Shown: piece after piece, positions 33,704-41,459 of the stretch | How the letters are laid out: the number at the start of each line of letters is the position of its first letter | Numbering within the stretch: position 1 is the stretch's first letter | Assembly (NCBI GenBank): GCA_965222935.1 | Contig: CBDCVA010000002.1 | Location: 738,422 to 802,421 of the forward strand | DNA from: Candidatus Latescibacterota bacterium | GTDB lineage: Bacteria > Latescibacterota > CBDCVA01 | DNA length: 64,000 bases | Direction of reading: 5' to 3' | The notes under the pieces: generated by a model | Told to the model about the DNA's origin: nothing | The model's input: only the letters and a program-made list of their open reading frames with translations | Databases searched by the model: none | Translations under genes and position numbers: made by a program

Positions 33704-34785
33704 CTAGAACCCAATGGCCATTGAAATTCCACCGGAAAAGCCGAAGGCTTTCGAATACTCTATGCGCGCCAGATCATGGAGATCTCCGCTTGCAAAACTT
33801 TCCCCCAGGCTCGCATAGCGCATAACCGGAACATGAGCTATATATTCGATTCCGGTTATGCCCTGAAGAATTATGCTTTCAAGCTTGACTTTCAGTGACG
33901 TTTGAAAACTGGATGCGGCTGTAACACTCGAATCGCTTACTTTCAAATGGGCGCTGTAAAAATCTTGCACGGAACGTCGATGCGGATACCGACAATGCCG
34001 CCGTAATATGAGGCGTTCAGTTCCTCTCCCAGATTCATATTGTTAACCGTCGGCTCCCTGTTGGCCTCATAGGCAAAGATATCGAACTCCTGAGTCAATT
34101 TCTTGTAGCTCGGACCGATGAAAAGAGAGCTTCTGCTTCGTTCCTCCTGCCAGATGGAAACGCCGGTAACCAAATCGCCGCCCCAGAATCCCACATCCCT
34201 TTGCGTGCTTATGCGGATGGGGTCTCCCCAGGCAAAATTGGGGGTGGAGTGAGGTAGCGCATCTCCGTTTATCGCTCCAACCCAACCGAGAAGCCTAAGG
34301 TCCGAACGGCTTCCTATCACCTCCCCTAAACGCATCTCGTCTTCCGGCGACAAATTGAATGAATCGGTGTTTTCAATTCTAAACTCCCCCGCCACAGCAT
34401 TCCAGCCTTCGCTCCTTCTTTCATATTCGTTGACATGATCCGTGCTGTGAAAATTGAGGAAACCCCGCACTTCGGTAAAAAGGCTACTCCCGAACGCGCC
34501 GTATTCACCGCCGACCGCAAGACCGAAGAGCGGCCCAGCCCGATAGGATGCGTCGTAGTGTTCAAGGAAACCGGTGGCCTCTTCGCGGGAATTCGTCTCG
34601 ATGAACGGGCTCGCCTCCGGAAGGTCTAAGAAGAAAACGCCGAGGTCCGCTCCGGCGTAAAGCCTCTCTGCCTGATCGTCCGCCAATGCATCGCTTGTCT
34701 GAGCGCAGACGGACAGCAGGAGGAAAACGGAGAGCGCCGCCGAAAACGCACGGAATCGCCAAATGACTCTTTCCGGGGCTGACAT
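33704..34785 (-). pseudogene. Exported beta-barrel-like hypothetical protein, split by a frameshift near 33960
   Basis: Signal-peptide-like N-terminus and amphipathic strands in 33943-34785; an overlapping downstream frame (33704-33970) ends GFSGGISMAIGF with terminal Phe; lower GC. Confidence 0.45.
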
Positions 34786-35008
34786 CTCTATGGGGACTCT
34801 CCCCGCGTGATGCGAGGGGGTCGGTTGAACGGCGCACGGCGGCGCTTAAGGTCTTTGTACAGCGTCGGTTGCACTCTCGGTCATACGCACCTGTAGAGAA
34901 ACAAGGAAGACTGTGCGCAAATATAGGACCGAAGTACGCCCCTCGTCAACAAACGGTCGATAACATGCTATATGTCCGCCTGGTCGAGCGCGGCGAACTC
35001 GAGCGACC

Positions 35009-35038
35009 TTGACAGCCTCGGTATTATCTTCTTATCTT
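35009..35038 (+). promoter_or_regulatory. Possible sigma70 promoter
   Basis: TTGACA-18 nt-TATCTT upstream of the 35132 and 35382 ORFs. Confidence 0.4.
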
Positions 35039-35131
35039 TGCCCCTTCTAAAAAGGCATCGGCTACACTTTCGCCGAGTTCCCTAGGCTAGCGGGGTCCCT
35101 ATCGGTCGATCCGGGATACGATACGCTCCCG

Positions 35132-35359
35132 ATGCGCAACTTCACTGCCTTCCGGTTCAACGATAAGAGGGACCCTCTGGAAGAGTTCGCGACGAGCGAT
35201 TCCGTCATCCTCTTCGAGACCCGTTCGCACCACTTTGGGAAATCACTGATCTCGATGGTGGGCTATCACCGACAGACGAAAGAATTCATGGACCAGAGTG
35301 CCTCTGCCCGCAATCAGCGCTTCAGCCGCCTCTTCATCGAACTCGTCTCCGGCGCCTAA
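35132..35359 (+). pseudogene. Stand-alone C-terminal fragment (75 aa) homologous to the 41460-50074 paralogues
   Basis: RNFTAFRFNDKRDP..F..SD...HFGKSL...GYHR...F.D....RNQRFSRLFIELVSGA aligns by eye with RNFFAFQFRDKGSP..FSASD...YFGTSL...GFHR and RNRRFSRFFFEVVTGY. Confidence 0.7.
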
Positions 35360-35381
35360 TGTCCCCTTCCCCGCCCTCCCC

Positions 35382-38300
35382 ATGATCGCCCTGGTCTACG
35401 GCGTCATTTTCATCTCCGGTGCAGCCGCCCTGATTGACGAGGTCGCCTGGGTGCGCTTGCTCACCGGGGTCTTCGGCAACACCACGTACGCGGCGAGCAC
35501 CGTGCTGGCCGCATTCATGGGTGGGCTGGCGCTGGGCAGCTACGGATTCGGACGCCGTGTGGACGCGAGGGGGGCCACGCTGCGCACCTACGCGGTGCTC
35601 GAACTGGGGATCGGCGCCTTTGCGCTCGCGACGCCCTGGGCTTTCTCCAATCTATCAGTCGTCTATGCTCCGATCTTTCGAGGGTTCGGCGCGCCTGGCT
35701 CGCTCCTGGTCGCCGTCCAGTTCGCTCTCGCCTCGGCGGTGCTCATCGTCCCGACGACGCTGATGGGCGCCACATTGCCTGTGCTCAGCAAAACGGTCGT
35801 TCGCCACGTCCGCGAGGCTGGAAGCCGTGTTGGCGGTCTCTACGGCATCAACACCCTCGGCGCGACGGTCGGCTGCGTACTCGCTGGTTTTCTCTTGCTC
35901 TTCACGCTCGGCGTCACGCGTTCCATCGTCCTCGCATCCCTCCTGAATTTCGCTGCAGCCCTCGGTGCGTTCCTTCTGAGCCGCCGGTTGGCGGCGGTGG
36001 AAGAGCCTGAGGAACTGAGCGTGAGACCCCATGTGGAGGCCGATGACGTGGCGTCCGATCCCAGGATACGCCTGGTCCTCATCGCGCTCGCAGTCTCCGG
36101 GTTCACCGCTCTGGCTTATGAGGTGCTCTGGACAAGGCTTTTGATCTTCGCCCTCGGTCAGCGAGGCTATGTCTTCGCGCTCATGCTGGGGACGTTCCTG
36201 ACGGGGATAGCGCTCGGAAGTCTGCTGATGGCGCGCTGGCTCAGGTCCCGCGAAGCGCGGCTGGACATCCTGGGCGTGCTCGAGGTCGCGATCGGCGTCT
36301 GGGGAGTCTGTACCCTCGCTCTCTTCGGTCAGATCCCAGACGTTCTGGCGTGGCTGCGCAGGCTGATTGTCGTCGATGCTTGGGCGAACCTCGTGTTGCT
36401 CAAGGCACTGGTGGCCGCGCTGGTGATCCTGCCGCCGACCTTGCTCTTTGGGGCGACTTTTCCGCTCGCGACGCGCCTGGCTGCCCACCACGTCCGGCAC
36501 GTTGGACGCGCGGTCGGGCGCGTTTACGCGTGGAACACCGTGGGCGGCATCGCCGGATCATGCGCCGTGGGGTTCGTCCTCGTCCCGGCGCTGGGCACCC
36601 ACTGGACGATGATCACCATCGCGTTAGTGAACGTGGTGATTGGCGTCTGGGTGGCCGGCTCGCCTCTCGCAACACCTCGACGCCGGCCAACGGTGGTAGC
36701 GGTGGGCGTCTGCGTCGTCGCCTCGGTCGCGTTGACCATAGCGGTTCCGGGCAACAGCCTCGACAGTCTCTTCGGGATGAACGAGCCCGGGTCAAGGCTT
36801 GTCTACCTCAAGGAAGGCCCCGCCGGTACCGTCAGCGTGCACCAGTACGCGAACCACCGGGTGCTCTCCGCCGGTGGGGTCAACGTCGCCGGGTCATCGT
36901 TCAGCCTGCGGACGACCCAGAAGCTCCAGGCTCACGTGCCGATGCTGCTGCACCCGAACCCGCGGCGCGTCCTGCACATCGGTTTCGGCACCGGAGAGAC
37001 CGCGCACGGGGCCAGTCTCTACCCGGTCGAGCGCATCGACGTCGTCGAGATCAACCCTAACGTGATCCATGCCGCCCTGCGCTTCTTCCCGGAGAACAAC
37101 CGCAGCGTGCTCAACGACCCGCGCTTGCGGCAGTTCATCATGGACGGGAAGAACTATTTGGAGCTGACGGACCAGACCTACGACGTCATCTTAAACGATT
37201 CGATCTATCCAGGCTTCGTCGGCAGCTCAGGCCTCTATGGCGAGAACCACTTCCGGGCCGCCCGAGACCATTTGGCACCTCACGGCGTTATCTCGTCGTG
37301 GATTCCCCTCGACCTGACGCGCGAGGCCATCTCCACCATCCTCCGCAGCTTTCAGACCGTCTTTCCGCACACCTCGTTGTGGCTCGCTACCAACCACCTC
37401 AACAGGCACTTGCTCCTCGTCGGCACGCTCGACCCCGTGCATGTGGACCTCGAGGCTTTCGAAAAGCGCTTCTTCGCCCATGCTGAGGCAGACCTCGCCC
37501 CCGTCGGCCTGGGCGATCCGTATACATTGCTCGACAGCTACTTCCTAGGTGAGGAAGCTTGCCGCGAGTTCGCCGGCGACGGGCCTACCCACAGCGATGA
37601 CCTGCCTATCCTCGAGTTTCTGGCCGGGCGGACGGTCACGGATCGGCGGGTGCTTTGGGCCAAAAACCTCGAGGAGTTGCTGCCCTTACACAGGCCCGTG
37701 ACGACGCTCGTGGCCGACTCGGCACCGGGTGGACCGAGCGAAGGCCATGTGTATGCGGCACTGGTCAAGCGGACGACGGCGAGCGGTCATCTTCTGGAAG
37801 CGATGTGGCGCTCGCTCGCCATGAAGTCGGGCGTCGAGACGGCGGTGATGGAGGCACTGAAGATCGATCCCGAGCATCAGGGCGCACGACACTTCCTTCG
37901 GAACATGGTCCTCGCGAAGCGGGAAGCGCCCGGGCGCGCAGCCAATGCGACCGAACACGTCAAGCGCGGGATCCGATTCGCCCAGCTCGGTGAGCCGGAC
38001 AAGGCCATCGCCGAGTTCGAGGCGGCGCTGCGCCTGGAGCCTGGCTTTGCTGATGCTCACAGCAACCTCGGCGTCATCTACCATCAGAAAGGGTGGACCG
38101 AGCGTGCGATCGCCGAGTTCGAGACGGCGATTGAGCTTCGGGGGCCTTTCCCTGAGGCGCTCTACAATCTCGGCCGAGCCTATGAGCGTCAGGGGATGGT
38201 GGAGGAGGCCGTCGCGGCTTACGAAGAAGCGGTGGCACTCCGCCCGGGTAACTGGGAGGCGTACGGAAACCTCGGCCTGCTCTTCGCGCGGACCGGAAGG

Positions 38301-38393
38301 CGTGAGCAGGCGATCGTCATGCTAGAGAAGGTCCTGGAGATCAAGCCCGGCAACCCGCTTGCCACGCGACATCTGCGGGAATTACGCGAGTAA
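35382..38393 (+). CDS. Fused membrane (MFS-like) / spermidine-synthase-like SAM-binding protein with C-terminal TPRs
   Basis: SGAAALIDEVAW.R, FMGGLALGS, LMGATLP, YAWNTVG repeats; VLHIGFGTG, VVEINP, DGKNYL, YDVILND; 3' TPRs (ADAHSNLG, EALYNLG, EAYGNLG). Confidence 0.88.
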   Translation: MIALVYGVIFISGAAALIDEVAWVRLLTGVFGNTTYAASTVLAAFMGGLALGSYGFGRRVDARGATLRTYAVLELGIGAFALATPWAFSNLSVVYAPIFRGFGAPGSLLVAVQFALASAVLIVPTTLMGATLPVLSKTVVRHVREAGSRVGGLYGINTLGATVGCVLAGFLLLFTLGVTRSIVLASLLNFAAALGAFLLSRRLAAVEEPEELSVRPHVEADDVASDPRIRLVLIALAVSGFTALAYEVLWTRLLIFALGQRGYVFALMLGTFLTGIALGSLLMARWLRSREARLDILGVLEVAIGVWGVCTLALFGQIPDVLAWLRRLIVVDAWANLVLLKALVAALVILPPTLLFGATFPLATRLAAHHVRHVGRAVGRVYAWNTVGGIAGSCAVGFVLVPALGTHWTMITIALVNVVIGVWVAGSPLATPRRRPTVVAVGVCVVASVALTIAVPGNSLDSLFGMNEPGSRLVYLKEGPAGTVSVHQYANHRVLSAGGVNVAGSSFSLRTTQKLQAHVPMLLHPNPRRVLHIGFGTGETAHGASLYPVERIDVVEINPNVIHAALRFFPENNRSVLNDPRLRQFIMDGKNYLELTDQTYDVILNDSIYPGFVGSSGLYGENHFRAARDHLAPHGVISSWIPLDLTREAISTILRSFQTVFPHTSLWLATNHLNRHLLLVGTLDPVHVDLEAFEKRFFAHAEADLAPVGLGDPYTLLDSYFLGEEACREFAGDGPTHSDDLPILEFLAGRTVTDRRVLWAKNLEELLPLHRPVTTLVADSAPGGPSEGHVYAALVKRTTASGHLLEAMWRSLAMKSGVETAVMEALKIDPEHQGARHFLRNMVLAKREAPGRAANATEHVKRGIRFAQLGEPDKAIAEFEAALRLEPGFADAHSNLGVIYHQKGWTERAIAEFETAIELRGPFPEALYNLGRAYERQGMVEEAVAAYEEAVALRPGNWEAYGNLGLLFARTGRREQAIVMLEKVLEIKPGNPLATRHLRELRE

Positions 38394-38456
38394 GCGCCTC
38401 TTCGACAGCCGCGAAGAGAAAACCGCTCCACTCAGGGTTTACAGTTCTAGGTACTG

Positions 38457-39908
38457 TCATTCGTGCCGGCGGAAACCCGGTTTCTCGCCTGGCACAGGGG
38501 AATAATCGAAAGCACCCCGCTGGCGAATGGCCTGCTCGCCGCCGAAAGACCCTACCCTGGCTCTCTGGTCGCCACGGGCTTGCTCATCGATGGCTTCGGG
38601 GTCGAGAAGATCGCGAAGTTGCCGTTCGAAATTCAGGATTATGCTCCCGTGTTCGGGAGAGTTGGCGAGGTCATTGCACTCCTCGGGATCGTTCTCTAGA
38701 TCGAACAATTGTGGAGGACCATCTACATAATAGATGTACTTATAGAGCCCGTTACTCAGCATGTAGGAGCCCCGCTGCGAGCCGACGGCGTGGTATTCGC
38801 TGAAGACAGTGCGCTCCCGGTCGGACTCGTTGGCGATCGCCCAGAGCGAGCGACCGGGCAGGTCCTCATCCTCGGGCATCAACTCGGCACCAACGGCTTC
38901 GACGGCAGTGGGGAAGCAGTCGACTAGGGAGACGGGGGTGCGGATAACCTTACCTTCGGGGATTTCGGCGCCGGCGAGAATGAGAGGCACGGCGGCGGAC
39001 TCGTCGTAGAGAGTAAACTTGCCGAAGATGCCCCGGGCTCCCAGACACTCGCCGTGGTCCGAGGTATAGAGGACGCGGGTGCGGTCACTCAGGCCGTTAT
39101 CTTCAAGGGCATCGAGGACGCGGCCAATCTGGCGGTCGAGGTAGGTACAGGCGCCCAGATAGGCGGCGGTAACGCGGCGCACAACCTCTTCGTCGTGGCC
39201 TCGGTGGACGGAGAAAAAGCGACGGAGATAGGCGATGGCCGGATGCTCGGGCCAGTCGTCGGGGCTCCACTGGGGTGGAAGGGGTAGCTGATCGAGGGGG
39301 TATAGGTCGTAGAGTTCGGGTGGGGCGATATAGGGGGGGTGGGGACAGACGAAGGAGACGAATGCGATCCAGGGCTTATCGTCGTTCCCATGCTCTCCGA
39401 GCCAGCGGACGGCGTTGTCTGCGTTGCTGGCGTCGTATCTCAGGTAGGTGGATTCGCCGGGGCCAGCCACGGTAAGTTGGCGGTGCTTGTCGCGGCGGGG
39501 CGGATCGTCCCGGATGCAGCCGAGGATGTCGCCAATGCCGTCGACCACGTGCAGCGGGTCGATCTCTTGCGAGAAGCCCTGGTCGTCGTCGGTGCTGCGG
39601 AAGTGAAGTTTGCCGATGGAGTCGATGCGGTGGCCCTGCTGGCGCAGGCGATGGTGCCAGGAGGGGATGCGACCTGCATAAGGGAAGGCGTTGTCCCAGT
39701 GGCCGATCTGATGGACGAAGCGGCCGGTGGCCAGGGAGGCGCGAGAGGGAACACAGATGGGACAGTTGGTGTAGGCGTTGGCGAAGCGGGTGCCGCGGGC
39801 CGCGAGGCGGTCGAGATTGGGGGTATGGGCAAGGGGATGGCCGTAGCAGCCGCTGGTGTTGCGATGGTGCTGGTCGGAGAGGATGAAGAGGAAGTTTTGC
39901 GGTTCCAT
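38457..39908 (-). CDS. Sulfatase (choline-sulfatase-like)
   Basis: NFLFILSDQH, CPICVPSRASLATGR, GKLHF, PHPP, YTSDHGE, GKFTLY. Confidence 0.92.
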   Translation of the reverse strand: MEPQNFLFILSDQHHRNTSGCYGHPLAHTPNLDRLAARGTRFANAYTNCPICVPSRASLATGRFVHQIGHWDNAFPYAGRIPSWHHRLRQQGHRIDSIGKLHFRSTDDDQGFSQEIDPLHVVDGIGDILGCIRDDPPRRDKHRQLTVAGPGESTYLRYDASNADNAVRWLGEHGNDDKPWIAFVSFVCPHPPYIAPPELYDLYPLDQLPLPPQWSPDDWPEHPAIAYLRRFFSVHRGHDEEVVRRVTAAYLGACTYLDRQIGRVLDALEDNGLSDRTRVLYTSDHGECLGARGIFGKFTLYDESAAVPLILAGAEIPEGKVIRTPVSLVDCFPTAVEAVGAELMPEDEDLPGRSLWAIANESDRERTVFSEYHAVGSQRGSYMLSNGLYKYIYYVDGPPQLFDLENDPEECNDLANSPEHGSIILNFERQLRDLLDPEAIDEQARGDQRARVGSFGGEQAIRQRGAFDYSPVPGEKPGFRRHE

Positions 39909-40394
39909 TTTATGGTGGATCTCCTTGATGGTCGGTTTGGGTATGGCCCTCCGGAAAACTAAGGGTTTGCATTGCTGCTCCGATTGCGCTCGTCCGCCCG
40001 CATCTTCGTGGATGGAGTTGTCAGCAGAGACCTATCTTGGTGTCGGATCACCTCAGGAGTGGACAGACAAAAAAGCCCCTGTAAGCGGAACCATGAAGCA
40101 GTGTCATCATTGCACGGAACTGATCCGCGCCCCCACTGTGGCCGTGATTGCAGTCCCGAATAGGAGACGAGACTTACCCTGGTCGGACGTGGAGAAGAAA
40201 CAAGCCGAACTGAGAGGTTTACTGCGAGGCTTATGGGCCACTAGAACGGGGCAGGCCGCTAAAGACCGTGACTAGGTTCGGTCATGAACATGGGACGGCT
40301 CGAAGCAAGGCGTGCCGAACGGCGAGTGACTGAAGTAAGCGTTGAAATAATAATAAGCAGCCGATCTACGGAATCACTAATCTGACGAAGGTCA

Positions 40395-41354
40395 TTAGAC
40401 TTTTTGCATTACAAAGTAGTGCCCAGGATTCCACGCCTGACAGACGAGGTAAAGCTGATCGTCATGGGTGTGCAAAACAACATTGTGTAAATGTTGAGCC
40501 AGTTCGATCCCCAAGTCCTCTTTCGGGCGAATCGTGGACAGAATTTCATAGGTATCTGGATCTATAATGTAGATAGGCGCGGGACGATTTTCCTCTGGGT
40601 CGCGGAGACAGCCGATCACGGCGTACCAGCGCCCTTGATACTCAAGATAACTGATCCCGCACAGGAATGCCCCTGGTTGGAATTTCTGTGATGAAACAAA
40701 ATGTCCATCTCCGCGATGAACCTGAATACGTGCATTGGAACGGTCGGCGATATCCAGATGATGATGAATTGGGTTGAAATTGATGCCGTGGGCCTTCGCG
40801 AATTTACCATTTTCCTCGGGGTCATCGGTCATGCCACCAAAACAACCAAGCCACTGCTGGGTGTTTACATCCGCAGAGACAATATAGTTTGAACCATAAC
40901 CGTCAGCAATGTAAAGTTGATTGTCTACCAGCACTGTGTCGGTAGGTTTGTAGAGCGTCTCTTCTTCTCGGTATTCATCGAAGACGGGTCGCGGCAAAAT
41001 AAAATCGACTTCACCGTCCAAGCTAAGGACGATGACCATTTCATCATTGTTTGCGGGCAGAAAAAGTCGCCAATTGCCATCAAATTCGCCAATCTCCGTG
41101 CCATGAAAATTGAGCGGCCTCAACTCGCTTGGTAGAGTAATGATATCTTGCTTCTGCAGATCCGCATCGATACGCATAATGCCACAGCCTGGCATGCCAT
41201 AATATATCTGGCCATAGCCATCGCGGGCATCAATGGCAAACCCACCGTGCAAATCGACCTCGTGATCCCGGGCTGTTGAGGGAAGATTACACAAATCTTC
41301 TCGATGCGTAAACACAAAGGGTTCTTGACCGCTCATCTTGCTTGCACTCGTCAT
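40395..41354 (-). CDS. NHL-repeat beta-propeller protein (peptidyl-hydroxyglycine lyase-like)
   Basis: KPTD...LYIADGYGSNYI, GKFAKAHGI...IADRSNARIQ, ending WNPG.Y; lower GC. Confidence 0.7.
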   Translation of the reverse strand: MTSASKMSGQEPFVFTHREDLCNLPSTARDHEVDLHGGFAIDARDGYGQIYYGMPGCGIMRIDADLQKQDIITLPSELRPLNFHGTEIGEFDGNWRLFLPANNDEMVIVLSLDGEVDFILPRPVFDEYREEETLYKPTDTVLVDNQLYIADGYGSNYIVSADVNTQQWLGCFGGMTDDPEENGKFAKAHGINFNPIHHHLDIADRSNARIQVHRGDGHFVSSQKFQPGAFLCGISYLEYQGRWYAVIGCLRDPEENRPAPIYIIDPDTYEILSTIRPKEDLGIELAQHLHNVVLHTHDDQLYLVCQAWNPGHYFVMQKV

Positions 41355-41459
41355 TAGCTAGCCAACTCCTATCTATGATCCACTGACATTCCCGATGTGA
41401 AAGTGCAGGCGTCCAAAGAAGGCGATGGGGGCCTTACGCCAGAGCCGACAGGCGGTTTC

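Noticed and set aside
39909-40394. Short plus-strand ORF MKQCHHC... (from ~40093) in an intergenic gap
   Set aside because: Weak RBS, a single CxxC and no further support; possibly a remnant but not defensible.
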